A DNA stretch of 64,000 nt from Lama glama. Its lineage: Eukaryota. Below are positions 1 through 12,184 of the stretch, piece by piece. The position numbers and the translations under genes are program-made. The first letter of the stretch is position 1; each line of letters opens with the position of its first letter. The notes under the pieces are model-generated. The model was not told the origin of the DNA. It did no database searches and saw nothing but the letters and a program-made list of their open reading frames with translations. The stretch is from contig CM052829.1 of the NCBI GenBank assembly GCA_028534125.1, forward strand, positions 930,001-994,000. The letters are read 5' to 3'.

Positions 1-36
1 TCTGCCTGTGACGGCATCTACACCTGGCCGCCCACC

Positions 37-53
37 GCGCCCCCAGGTGGCCA
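37..53 (-). promoter_or_regulatory. CTCF motif (reverse orientation)
   Basis: Minus strand reads TGGCCACCTGGGGGCGC, nearly identical to the CTCF core TGGCCACCAGGGGGCGC. Confidence 0.55.
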
Positions 54-2734
54 CTCGTGCCTGTGAGCCTGGGGAGCCACGCACAGCAGACTCGTGGGCC
101 GTGACCCACCGCGGGCAGCAGCCGCGCTTCCCCCGCAGGAGGTGCTGCCGAAACAACGGACGAGGACGGGAGCCAGCCACAGGACCCAGCGGACGCGGTT
201 CCAGCAGCAGGAGCGCCTCACGCACGTGACGTGAGGGCGTGCGAAGGCTGTGAACTTCAAGGCCTGGTTCTGATGAAGTTCAGAACGCAGGTGGCGCTGT
301 CATTTCTAGGGATGCACGCTGATGAACTTTCCCAGGAAACTGAAGAAAGGATTAGTATTGGAGAAAGAAAGGTGGCGAATGTCCCCAGCGAGCGAGGCCG
401 GAGCCCAACTGGGAGGGGGCTGGCTGCTGGCCCGGGTGCGCGTGGTGACGCAAATGTGGGAGCAGACTGAAGAGGACAGTTTTGCTTTGTGCCTTTTTTA
501 TACATTTCACAATATTAAAAATGTTTAAGAGGAGAAAGTGAGCTATTATTGGAATGACGGCAAAATTCAAAAATAAGACAGACATTTCCAAGAACTTGCC
601 AGAGAGGGGAATCCAAAGCAGGGAGCGAAGGGTGGCTCTGCGGCCCGCCTGAGCGCCCGTCAGTTGGCCGAGTGCCCGGTGGAAGGCCGAGGAGGCCGAC
701 GCTTGTGGCTGCGGGAAAGCTCTTCTGCCTTCTTGAAAATGTTGCCAGCAGATCTGTTTTCCTCGTGGCTTCTTTCCTGCCTGGGGTTAGTGGCCGGGGG
801 GCTTGATGCCTGGTGTCTGGCTGCTGGGGCTGCGGGGAGGGGAGGCCACGGAAGTCGCGGGGTCATTGGCTGGGAATTCTGACCTTGCTGGGCGGCCGAA
901 GGAACCCGGATCAGCAACCTTTGATCTTCTTGAGTAAATAAAAATGCCTTTTGGTTTAATAAAAAATCATTTTCATGAAACCTCTGAAGATGTTAATTAC
1001 TTCTGATTTTTAAAAATTATCTCAAGAATGTCTTCTCACCTGTGAGTTTACATATGTGAAGGCTGAACACACAGACTGTCTGTTTTTGTGTAACTTTTTG
1101 TTTAAAAAAATCAGTAGTCAGGAGAGTTAAACAAAACTCCTGCAGCCACGTTAACTGTGTTCAACCAAAAACCTAGATGTCTGCGTTGAAAAAACAACCA
1201 CTGCAGCATCAAAATGAACACTTTTAAAAAGTACTGGAACAGATGTAATTTAAGCCCAAGTGGAAAGAGGTACAGTGTGAGAGTCAAGTTCAAGGCGGGC
1301 GATGGAGCGGAGGCTGCGGCCGCGAAGCCACGTCCCCGCCTTGTGGGCCCAGGCCCATCTGTGATGCGCGTTAACATGCTTCTGTGGTCTCTCTTCCTTC
1401 GGCTTTCTGTACAGTCCTGTTCTGAAGAAATGGATGAACTGATCTGAACTTGGGTTTTTTTAAACATTTAAAGAGGAGAACTAAAGTCTTCCAGCTAGGT
1501 TTGAAAATTGGGAAAAAGTGTTTTATAATTTCCTACTTTTTTATGTCAGCATTTTGGAGTTCCATTTGTCTTGAGTTAAACTTAGGCTACAAAAAAACAG
1601 ATAGCATTGCAAACAGTCCTGCTACCTTGGCTTTTAGGAACGCAGGTTGCAGGTCAGCCCCTCTGCACCTCCGGGGGCAGCTACACTCCTGGGACGGAGG
1701 GTGGCCTGTCCTCTGTGGTGGGGTCCAGCCCTGGGCCTGGAGTTAAGCCATCGGTGTGAGCTGAGCTCTGCCCCACAAGCCAGCAGGCCGCCCAGGGCCA
1801 CGTGGGATGCCCACGGGTTTGACAGATGAGGTGCAGGACAGCCAGGCCAGCTTCACGTGGGAGTAAACAGCGGGTTTGTTGGTAGCAGTGTAAGCATGTC
1901 TCAGGGTTATTCAGCGTCTGTCCGACAGTCAGGTTCAACTGGGCGTCCTGTTCTGTTCGTATGTGTGAGTCTGTCTGTTTGCATCTGGCAACCCCAGACG
2001 CGGAGTCTCTCTGGAGGAAAGGTGGGAACTACCTGGTGGACAATCCGACAACAACTTAACTTTAATTAAATTAAGCCTCGAATCATCAGTACGCCCATCT
2101 CGCTTTATCTCATGGCAGAGCCAGGTTCAACTAGATATTCTGCAGGTCACTGCTTATGTCTCATCTGGTATCTGACAAAGCACAACTTAAAATGAGGGGC
2201 CAGGTCTGGCCTTCGTAAGTTGATCTGTGATTTGTGTTTTCCTCTCATTCTATGGTTGTGAAATAAGTGTCCCGACCAGCAGGTCCTTTGGCAGAGCTCT
2301 GAGTCAGATGGGGTTTGCTGAGCGTTGCTGGGCCCCAGCCCGTCCCCGCCGTGCACGGGCGTCTCACGTCCGAGCGTGTGTAGTCGTCACCGGGAGTGCA
2401 GGGGGAGCCACTGTCGTCTCCCTTTTTACTGATGAAGCAACAGATTGAGAGCCATTAAACAACTAGCGTGAAGAGAAACAGCTCCGGAGCCCGGGAGCCG
2501 GGGAGGCTCGACTGAGCCTGAGCCGAACCCGGGGCCCCACGCGCCGCACTGCGCCGCGCCCGCCTGAGACGGGGGTGTCTGCGCCCCCTTCAGGACGTGC
2601 GTGTCCGTTCTTCCAAGGGGCTGCGTGGCATCGGCACGAGCGTTTCTCAACACGCTAAGCGATGAAAGTTCCTGGGGTCAAATAAACATCTCTGTGGGAA
2701 GGAGGCGTCTCCTTCCCCCTCCTTGGAGGCACTG

Positions 2735-2880
2735 TTTTGTCTGTGTTTCGTTTGCTCCTGTTGGGGGTGGGGAGGCGATGAGGTTTATTTGCTTATTTAT
2801 CTGAATGGGCGCCCCAGGCACTGAGCCCAGGACCTCGTGCATGCTGAGCACATGCTCTGCCACTGAGCCGTACCCTCCCC
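2735..2880 (-). mobile_element. tRNA-derived SINE, camelid Vic-1-like
   Basis: Minus strand GGGGAGGGTACGGCTCAGTGGCAGAGCATGTGCTCAGCATGCACGAGGTCCTGGGCTCAGT (Pol III A/B-box-like head), then AAATAAACCTCATCGCCTCCCC and an A-rich tail; matches the camelid SINE consensus as I recall it. Confidence 0.8.
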
Positions 2881-4163
2881 TCTGCAAGGCGTCTTTCTAA
2901 TGACACACGTTCCTGCTGCTCATCAACCAGAGGCAACAGGCGAGCAGGAGGGCTCGCCAGTCGCGAGGACTTGGAATGAAGAACGTCTGTGTGCGTGGAG
3001 CTAACACCACGTCACTCTTAGAAAACTGCTGACTTCACTTTTAAATAGTCTGAGAAAATGGTCCTTGGCTCTTTAAGAATTGAAAGCGAGGCCCTGGCGT
3101 AGCTGGGCTGTGAAATGACAGAAGAGGAAGAGCTTAGAACAATGTGCATTAACTGACGCAGTGTGGCTCCCCCATTTCAAACCCGGGGACTTGGCAGAAG
3201 GAAGCCTGGGGGACAGACATCTCTCGACTGGAGAAGGCCACCTTTGGGGATGCGTCTGCCCAGGGCGTCCAAGATCTTCTGAGCTGATACAATCTAAACC
3301 GTAGGATGTGAAAAGCTCCTCAGTTCTGAAAAATTGTGTCAAAGATGGTTTCTACGCTTAAAAGGAGTATTCGAGCAGTTACTCGGGACAAACAGGAAGG
3401 AGAAGGACTCTGTCTATTCAGAGCCGGGTCTGAAGGCCAGCCGGGCGCCTGTCCTGGTGCTGGGGACACAGCAGACGTCTCTTCTGGATTTGATGTTGGT
3501 GCCTTCTGTGCTGGACGAGTTCTTACAACCATGTGCTCCACGGGGAGGAGTCAGACTGGACGATGCGCTCTGGAATGACGTGGGAGCTGCTCTGTGGGGT
3601 GGTCAGAGAGGGCACAGCTGGGGGTGGCAGGTAGCCTGGGGGAGCCAGTCCATTTAAGACGAGGTGGGAGGGAGGGCCAGCAGGGAGGAGCCGTGGCGGC
3701 ATGGCTGGTGCTGGGGGGTTGTGAGGAGCAGAGAGGACAACAGTGGTGCCTGGAGCTGAGGGAGGAGGGACACGGGATGTGTCACCCCCTCCCCAGGGCG
3801 CTGGCCGCAGCCGCCAGACCACGGCCCGTTGTAGCGTGACAAAGGGGTCACAGCGAAGGAGGAGGTTTCCCAAAGGTGTCTCCGAGCTGGGATGAGAAGC
3901 CGAAGCCATGAAAACCCCTGTGCGTGGCCGGCCGGGAGAGGACAGCCATGTCACCTGGCGAGCCCTGGCGGGGCTCACAGCAGGGCCGCTTGGTCCGACC
4001 GTCACCGGGGTTAAGGGGGGCGGTTTCCATTGTAAGTCTGGGCTTGATGCCTTCACGGAGCCCTGAGAGGGGGCGTCTGGGGACCCAGCTGGCGATGGGC
4101 GACCTGGACGGGTGCTGCCCCAGTGAGCACCCCTCCCTCAGGGACTCCCCCACAGCCCCTTTT

Positions 4164-4180
4164 GCGCCCCCTGCAGAGGC
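4164..4180 (-). promoter_or_regulatory. CTCF-like motif (reverse orientation)
   Basis: Minus strand GCCTCTGCAGGGGGCGC. Confidence 0.35.
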
Positions 4181-4866
4181 CGGCCTCTGGGGAGGTCGAA
4201 TTCCGCCTTGTTAGACAGGGGGTGGCGCCATGTGTGGTTTTTTATAGAGAATTTTGCTGCGTTCTTGCTCAGCCAGACTACCAAGAGGCAGAGCAAACAA
4301 ACCAACAAAACCCTGCTTTTCTCCCCCAAATAGAGCAAGCATTCAGCTTTGAGATAATATGAGTGGCCTCTGTGATTCCTCAGGTGCTCTGTTTCCTCGG
4401 TCTGTAGGTTGTACGCACGCAGCGTGCTGTTTAACGTGCATCACAGACACTGACGCTTAGGGAGACGGAGGAGCTCGGGCTCTGAAGCCGGAGCCCCCTC
4501 AGCTGTGCCTTGGATGCTGGGGCCCCGGGGCTTCCCGCCCGCCATCTCTCACCACCAGGCCGGCCGCATGGGGACACGGAGTCCCGTGTTTTGATGTGAC
4601 AGATGCAAGGCTTGGTGTAGCTACAGTATCTGGAAAAGTGTGTCTTTTAGAAATTGGTTTTCAGATCTTCAATACACTTTTTCTTTTCTTTAAATTTCAA
4701 AACAAACAAATGCACAAATCCAGAGCCAGTGGCAGAGACCATGGTTTGTCTGTGATGGGCCAGCCTCTCGGACCTCAGTCCTTCCATTTTCCCCACATGG
4801 GCTCTGAGTGAGGGCTCCCCAGGGCTGCTGCAGGCTCCACAGAGGGGACCAGCCCCAGCTCCAACA

Positions 4867-5204
4867 CAGGGCTGGTGTCACCCCCCTGCCAGGGCCAGTG
4901 TCACCCCCCTGCCAGGGCTGGTGTCACCCCCCTGCCAGGGCCAGTGTCACCCCCCTGCCAGGGCCAGTGTCACCTCCTCACCAGGGCTGGTGTCACCTCT
5001 CTGCCAGGCCCGGCATCACCCCCCTGCCAGGGCCAGTGTCACCCCCCTGCCAGGGCCAGTGTCACCCCCCCTGCCAGGGCCAGTGTCACCTCCTCACCAG
5101 GGCCAGTGTCACCCCCCCTGCCAGGGCCGGTGTCACCTCCTCACCAGGGCCAGTGTCACCTCCCTGCCAGGCCCGGCATCACCCCCCTGCCAGGGCCGGT
5201 GTCA
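4867..5204. repeat. 23-bp minisatellite (VNTR), 14 full units plus one partial
   Basis: Tandem units of consensus CAGGGCCAGTGTCACCCCCCTGC (23-24 bp) read directly from the sequence. Confidence 0.95.
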
Positions 5205-7199
5205 GGTGTCTGAGGGGTAAAAGGCCCCGGGCATCTCCGTGGGCTCTTTGCAGACGTCCCAGCCCTGACTTAGCGAGCAGCTCCCTGCAGTTAGAAGCAC
5301 ACGGTTTCTTATACTTCTCAGGGTGTCCTGGCGCCCGTCACTGCTCCAGGGCCAGGCGGTGAAGAAGGGTTCAACCCAGGCCTCTGGGGCCCCTCCCAGA
5401 CTCCCAGTCTCAGCAGGGCCCCTCTCCTCTGCCTGCGCCCTCTCTTCCCCCAAAACAAGGAGATCACAGTCGCAGGCTCACTGCACCAGCGAGCTGCCGG
5501 GGGCTCCAAGGCGGCGGCTGCGAAGTGCTTCGTGCAGCTGGCTGCCTGCGCGGGAGCAGGCGCCACAGGGGCTCCCTTCCCGCGCCTCCCGGGGTGCCCG
5601 CCAAACCCCACGACCGTTTGCTGACCGGGCAGGCATGGGGGGGACTCTGTCAAGGACCAGCCCGTCCCCCCTCGTCCTGGGTTATGCCACCAAAGGGACC
5701 CCAGTTTCAGAAAGTCACTTGATGGAGGGATCTGTCCCAAAATGCAAGGACAGCAGAAACCAAGAGCGCGGTGCCGGTCTCCCCGTGGACGCGCCCTCCG
5801 GTCCTGGCATGGGGGCTCTTTTCTTAAACCCTTAACTACAGGACTGCAGTTTGGTCACACTTATAATTTTTGCTGTCTGATCCATCAAGACCAAGCTAAT
5901 ACTTCTCGGTTTTTGGAGAAACGGAATGTTTTCCCCTATGTGGGTAACCACTTGGGTTTCATCAAAAAATGACTTCTTAAAGCCACTGCTTTCCCTAACT
6001 TTATTGGTGACCTTTGAGCTGCTCCAAAAAGTCTTGTTCTCTCCTGCTCCTCTCTTTGACCTTGGCCCCCAGACCCGCCGCAGTCCGTGTCCTTGCCTCC
6101 TCCTCTCAGGGGATCGGCTGTCTGCTGTCTTTGCGCGCCTTTCAGACGTGTTCATGTCAGTGAGCTTTTCATTCTATTCGTTTAGCCAAATAGTAACCCT
6201 ACAAGGCGTACGTGTATAGTAAATGTACATGCAAATGTATCTTATTGATAAATACGCAGGGGTTCACGGTGGACAGCACCGCCAGCCAGCTTTCTCACCA
6301 GCCCGGTAAAGGGCTCTGCGCACGGCACAGGCTCACAGACGCCGCCGAGGGCGCTTTCCTGGCTGCTTGTGCTGCACGCCACGCTGGGTGTCCTTCATCA
6401 CCAGTCAGCACCCCTCCTGGACCCCTCGTTCTCAGCCGGCTTTCCTCACCTGGAGTCCCATAAGAAAATTAAGGCCTACGAACACTGTTGGCGACACATC
6501 CCTCACTCTCCCGGGGCTGGCGCCATGCTACAGAGAGAAGAGAAGCTCTTCTGTTGAAGACGAGAGAGGCCTTCCCCGCACCTGCTCCTGGAGTCCGTCA
6601 GGGCGCTGGACGCGGTGGACGAGCCATGCCCTGCTAAACGGATTAGTCAGTGGACTAGTGGGTTAAAGTTATTTGTCGGCTCCAAGTCCTGCGAGAGGAA
6701 GACAGAGGGGTGGGGGGCCTTCCACGCTGCAAGGCGCTTTCTTGCGTGTCACCCAAGTCGCCCCCTGGGAAGCACAGAACGTGAGCGCCGGTCTGTCCCC
6801 GCCTGGAGAGGCTCAGGGAAAAGCCCGGAGGTCAGGAGGCAGCCTCTCACTACAGACCTCTGTCCAGGAGGCGGGGCCGAGCATCGCTGGGGCCCAGAGG
6901 GCCTGTCCACCTGCGGGACATCCTGGGCACGAGCTGGAGGGACAGTGGGCATTTTTTTCTAGGTCTTCATTCGGAGTGTTCTGTTTGTTTAGAATAGAGT
7001 ATATGCAGCTGCTTCCCCACCTGCACTGGCCCGTGCGTGAGGAGATCCCAGTTCAGGGTAATTTCGTTCTTTTGAACGGATCCAGTCGACACGTCACCCC
7101 TGGGTTTTCCGGCCCCCCCGCCACCGGCTCCTGCGGGCTCTGGGCGACCGGCGGTCCTGCTCCCCCTTGTGCCCCGGCCTGTGCTGCTTCGTTTATTAC

Positions 7200-7620
7200 T
7201 TCCCCCCACCACGTGGCCCCTTCCTTTTCCTGTCCCACCATGGCCCCAAACTAGTGCATTTCATCTGTGTCCTTGGATTTGCACATTTATGCATGAAATA
7301 CTTCATTTATTACACGTGCCTTCATTTACATAAATGGGATGACGCGTGCATCTCCCCTGCTCCTTACTCTTCCCCCTCCGCGTTGCATTTGAAACCCTGT
7401 GCCCTGCAGCGAGGTGTCCTGATGCATGGCTGCACTGTTGTGATTGAGTGTGTACCCTCCTCCCCATTACGCACGGATGCGCCTTCTCACCAAGCTCCCC
7501 CTCTGTCCTGGTGGGAACCTGCCTTGGGCGGTGCGGCCAGGTATGAGGGGCGGAGTCACAGGAATGCACCTGTTCCACTACCCAAGTGCCCTGCCCTCTG
7601 CACCATGACTCATCCCACTG
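7200..7620 (-). mobile_element. Ancient L1 (L1ME-like) 3' fragment, highly decayed
   Basis: Residual similarity to antisense L1ME 3' UTR (e.g. TTTACATAAATGGGATG...). Confidence 0.4.
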
Positions 7621-7671
7621 ACCCCAGTCCCACCGACTGCCCACGCGAGTTCCTGCCTTAAATCTAGACGA

Positions 7672-7790
7672 TGACTCATTCGTTCCTTCACGTCTGTGAT
7701 TTATTCAAGTCTCTCCTGAACTCCTGTCATGTGCCCAGCATCACTCTAGACCAGAAGGACGCAGAGGGCAGGACAGAGATGTTCCCGAAG
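7672..7790 (-). mobile_element. L2 3' tail fragment
   Basis: CATTCGTTC...TTTATTCAAG...CTCCTGTCATGTGCCCAGCATCACTCTAG resembles the antisense L2 terminus. Confidence 0.5.
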
Positions 7791-8857
7791 GTGCTCCATC
7801 AGGACACCAGTGCGTACCTTTCCAGGGGACGTGTGTTCCCAGGCAACGACACCCAAGTCTTGCAGGATCTTTGAGATTCAAAGTGGGGGATAAAACACTG
7901 TTCACATGTGGGCAGAGTGTACGCAGCAATTATCATGGGAAGCTGAAAAACACTGACCAAGAGCCCATCAGTGCGGGGAGTAGGCGGAGAAGCAGGTGAG
8001 AAGTGTCAGTACCAGCGCCCGGGGGAGCCCACGGTCTTCCTGGATCCTCGGTCTTCTACGTCGCGACATTGACCGGAAGGACCTTAGTACAGATGTGCAG
8101 AAAGGAATAGTTTGTGACCCACGTGGACAACATGTACAAACACGTGGGCAAAGCAGAGGCTTAGGAGTCCCTCGAGCACCTGCTGGAAATGGCCCATCGG
8201 GGGCACAGTGGGTATCGGGGGACGTGACCAGGACATGTGGACAGTATCAGGCACCGCCCACACGAGGTCAGGCGAGCAGGGACCGACTAGAGGAACCTCG
8301 GAGGTGGGGCTTCCGCTTCCCCGCCAGGAGGGGCGGCAGTCTGGGGGGCAGCCAGGCCCACCGCTGACTCAGGGTGCACCCAGTGCAGCTGAGGGCGCTT
8401 CTCTTTCCAAAGCCAGTGGGTCAAAGGCAGTCCTTGCCAGAATGTGTGGGTTTGCAGAAAGTCGAGTTCCTTTCTTCCAGACGCACTGCTGCAGAGACGT
8501 GAGAATCCCCAGCAGCACATAAGACAGTTATACCCAAGACCCAAACAAGACCGGAGGCGCCAGACCCTGAGGGCCTCACAAAGGGCAGGACGAGCAGAGC
8601 GCCCGCGCTGCCTCCCACGACCTTTTCTTCCAAGACAGAGAAAGACTCGCATCCCAGGGCATTCTGAGTCCTCCGCCAAAACCAGTGATGGGGGCTGGCT
8701 TTTGGGTGGCTTCATTAATTTTTATGTATTGGCTTTTAGATACCTGAGGGACATCCACTTGAGATTTTCAAGCAAGAAACTGAGATCGCCTGCAAGTTTA
8801 GTCTCTGAAATGCACACAAGTCCGGCAATCACGCGGCGTAGCACCGAGCCCCAACCC

Positions 8858-9390
8858 TGCTCCCTTGTGCGTGTGCACACCCCGTCCTCCTCGTCCATTT
8901 ATCCATCAGTGACCCTCACGTGCTTCCACGTCTTGGCTATTGTGAGTAATCCTGTCATGAGCATGGGGAGTGGAAATCTCTTCGAGATCCTGATTCCAAT
9001 TCTTTTGGATAAATACCCAGGAGTGGGATTTCTGGATCCCATGGTGGTTCTGTTTTTGACTTTTGAGGAACCTCCGTGCTGTTTCCCCTGTGGCTGCATC
9101 ACTTTGCATTCCCACCAAGTGACATCAGCCAGTCGCAGAAGGACAGACACTGAACCACTTACATGAGGGATCTGGGAAAGTCAGACTCGCAGAAACACCG
9201 AGCAGAGGGGTGGGCGCCTGGGGTGGGGAAGGGGGGCGGGGGTTGCTACTCTGTGTCTGGAGTTTCCATTACTCAGGGTGGATACGCTCCAGAGACCCGC
9301 TGTGCAGGGCCCTGCGACCAGCAGCGCTGTGCTGTGCAAAGAATGTTGCGGACACACCTCCCGTTACGTGTTCTTACAACACACGCACAT
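8858..9390 (+). mobile_element. 5'-inverted, truncated L1 (L1MA9-like 3' end); 8858-9118 antisense, 9118-9390 sense
   Basis: Antisense block (CTTGGCTATTGTGAGTAAT...TGGATAAATACCCAGGAGTGGGATT...TTTGCATTCCCACCA) abuts sense 3' UTR (AGTGACATCAGCCAGTCGCAGAAGGACA...GTGTTCTTACAACAC). Confidence 0.8.
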
Positions 9391-9509
9391 CCCGGGAGAG
9401 CACGAGCACCCTGTGCCTGGTGACAGAAAGGAAAACGCGTTCATAAAGTATTAAACTGGACGGTCACACCTGCAAGAGTCGGGCTGGGGCGGGCGAAGGG
9501 CAGAGTCTT

Positions 9510-9790
9510 ACACCTTTGCTGAATTTAAATTTTCAGTGACTTCATGTCTTATGTATTGAAATTCTTTTTGCATTTCCCAAATCTGCCTATTCCCTTTTCT
9601 CAGTTTACCATAGTTTTATATGGTCTTTTACTTCTTTAGTTATTTTAAATAAGTTTGTGTCAAGTCTCTAGGTGAGTTTCTTCTCTCCCATCCTGTGGGA
9701 TGTAATCCTCGCTGACCCTGTCAGGTTTTTACTATGATGCACTGTTTCTTTGCGTGTTTATCAGGTTTCATGGTGAGTTATTTTTTTTAT
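9510..9790 (-). mobile_element. Ancient L1 fragment (ORF1/5' region, decayed)
   Basis: T-rich segment resembling antisense old L1M (TTTTCAGTGACTTC...CCCAAATCTGCC...). Confidence 0.4.
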
Positions 9791-10179
9791 TCAGGTTTCT
9801 TTTTGCCCTAAAAGTGCAGTACACCACTTGAATTATCAACGAGTCCTCTCCGAGTGTCGTTTCATTAGCTTTTGTCAGGCACTCCAGGCCTATGACTGGC
9901 TTGGACCGATTTTGGTGTTGACTCCTGAGTGAGGATTCCCACAAGCAGACAGCACGAGTCAGGTTCCAAACCCACTGAGGCAGCTTCAGGCTTCCGTTTG
10001 CTCTCTCCCCGGGGGGCAGTGTGGGGAGCCTTCTCGTGTCTGCTGGCGTTGGCCCTGTGCCACGCCGGGGGGTCCCAGCTCTGCGGGGCCAGGACCTTCC
10101 CCTCCTTCCAAGCTAAACCGGGGACACGGGTGGTCACCTGTCCACCGCACCCGGGCTTCACCTGCCGCGGGTGAGCCGG

Positions 10180-11420
10180 GAGGTTGAGAAGGGAAGGTGC
10201 AGACGACGTCCGCTGTGTCTGTGTTTCTGCCGCAGGCTTTCGGAGCCGTCCGCCCACCGTGTGGCCGGAGCCAGAGGGAGGGCCACGGGCCTGCGTTTCA
10301 CTGAGACTCCGACAGCAGCCAGGAGGCCGGTGTGGCCGGGCAGTTAGGACCGGGCACGCGCACGGGCCGGGCCGGGCCAGCAGCGGAGCCGGGCGGGGGC
10401 GGGCGCGCTCTGAAGCGGAGCCGTGGGGCTCATCCCAGAGCCCCGAGCTCAGCCTCAGTGGCGCTTTCTCGCTGGGTCTGAGGACGGCGGACGGGCAAGG
10501 GGAGAGGGCACCGGGAGGAGACCCTGGGGGAGCGTCGGGGACCCGAGCCGGCTGCAGAGGGCGGCTCGGATTTGACTAGCAGATGCGCCCTCCTTCGGGG
10601 AGAGTGGACGCCGCGAACGGGCGGGCGGGGGCGGGGGCGGGAGCGGGACGAGGGGCGGCTCCCGGCTCCTTCAATCACAGGCTCGCGCTCCCAGGGGAAG
10701 ACGGCGGCTTGCGTGGCGGGTGCCTGGGTCCTCACCTGGGGAGCAAGAGGGGCAGGGGGACCAGCGGGGGCCGGGGCAGGTGGGCGGACAGCCCGAAATC
10801 CCAGGAGCTCAGAGCGCGGGGAGGGGCGTCCGAGCCAACTGCGCCTTGCTTCTCGGGGGAGGAACTTCAGGCCTTTGCGGTGACTTCGCGGCACATGGCT
10901 CCCTGGGGGCGGACCAGGCTGCACGGTGCTGACCACCGGAAATGCTACGGCTTTGACCTAACGGCACAGATCTTCTCTGTGTGCGTCCGTGTTAAGGAAC
11001 AGGCAGAATTGAGGGATTGGGAGGCCAGCCCGCCTCCCTGTCGTCGAGGTTCGTGTGCGCAGGACACACATGCTCACACAGGCACGTGCGCGCACACGGA
11101 ACGCATCCACGTGCACACCTGTGCACGCTCGGATTTTCCTCAGAGACTAAGCACCGTCAGATCCTCCTGGATTCCAAGTACACTTCTGCAAGTGTGTGAG
11201 GCGTTTTCATGGCAGGTTGTCAGCGTTCTTCAGCCGGTTTGTCTTTTCCTACGAGCAGAAGCCCCGCGCCACGGCAGCGCCCAGGGCGCCGCCCAAGGTG
11301 AGGGATGCTGAGCGGGAGGCGGTTGAAGGATGCGGCGCGGGACCAGCGGGAAGCGGTCTGCAGCGCCCTCTGGTGGAGCGGCTCGGCCATCGCACCAGGA
11401 GGGGCCGCCCGCTCTCAGAG
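10180..11420. promoter_or_regulatory. CpG island with tandem GC boxes
   Basis: Dense CpG; GGGCGGGGCGGG at ~10390 and GGGCGGGCGGGGGCGGGGGCGGG at 10619-10641; boundaries approximate. Confidence 0.65.
11361..11378 (-). promoter_or_regulatory. CTCF motif (reverse orientation)
   Basis: Minus strand CTCCACCAGAGGGCGCTG contains the consensus core CCACCAGAGGGCGC. Confidence 0.6.
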
Positions 11421-12184
11421 GCAAGCTCTGGGTTTGTCCCCAAAATTCATTCCATCCACTACCTGGTCTTTACCTGGGGACTAGCACTTTCTGTGGCCAA
11501 TGCCAAGGCGGTTTTCATAAGATCCGAAGAGGCTAACGGAGAAGAAAGAGCGTAACACTTACCGACGTGCTGGCAGAGGCTGGAGTGGGCGGTGAAGTGT
11601 GCTTTTGGCAGCAGAGTTGCTGCAGAAGGAAGCTGCACCCGGCCTGCGACACTGGGACGTCCTTCCTGTCACAGCCCCCGGCAAGGCTGGCAGGAGCAGG
11701 AGCAGCCGCCGCACTCGCCTGGCCCTCAGCCGAGCCCCGGGTTTAACCAGCCCCGCGGCCGGGCAGCCCTTTGCCGCGTTGGGTCGGGTCCGGCACCGTG
11801 ACCCTTTGCTCGCATGTCTTTGCCCCGTTGTACCGTATTGAAAAGACCAGAACAGAAGCCGGAGGACCAGGTAAACCAGCGTAACTCCCTGAAAAAAAAG
11901 GGAGATTTAACGGAGATTCTCGTAACTGATCAGAGTTCTCCGGAGGGAGAGAGAGGTGTCGGGATTGTCAACAAAGCGGGCCTGGGGACCTCCCCCCAGC
12001 ACTGCGAGGACGTCCCACAGCACAGCGTGGGGCTGAAGCATGAGCAGCTGTAGCCGCGAGGAGCTCTGCCGTAAAGGGACAGTGGCCAGCAGAGGCCCAG
12101 CCCGCACGCTGCTGGACGCACCTGCTCCGGCTCCCGGGCCGCGGTCGTCAGTAAAATGCGACTTTCTTGTCCTGATTCCACAGC

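Noticed and set aside
2805-2880. tRNA gene on the minus strand
   Set aside because: The A/B-box-like head continues into a SINE body and A-rich tail; no intact cloverleaf
4867-5204. CRISPR-like array
   Set aside because: Head-to-tail units with no unique spacers, no cas genes, mammalian context; the same applies to 17747-17909
4808-5362. Repetitive Pro/Cys/Gly-rich ORFs (184, 112 and 99 aa) resembling mucin or keratin-associated proteins
   Set aside because: Translation of a stop-free 23-bp VNTR; the period is not a multiple of 3 and the same peptides cycle through all frames
8444-9166. 240-aa ORF
   Set aside because: The C-terminal part is antisense L1 3' sequence and the N-terminal part is low-information; no recognisable domain
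11814-12053. Protein-like peptide (RPEQKPEDQVNQRNSLKKKGDLTEILVTDQSS); similarly 231-470, 3334-3657 and 20202-20462
   Set aside because: No recognisable homologue and no convincing splice-site pair; cannot be supported without a search
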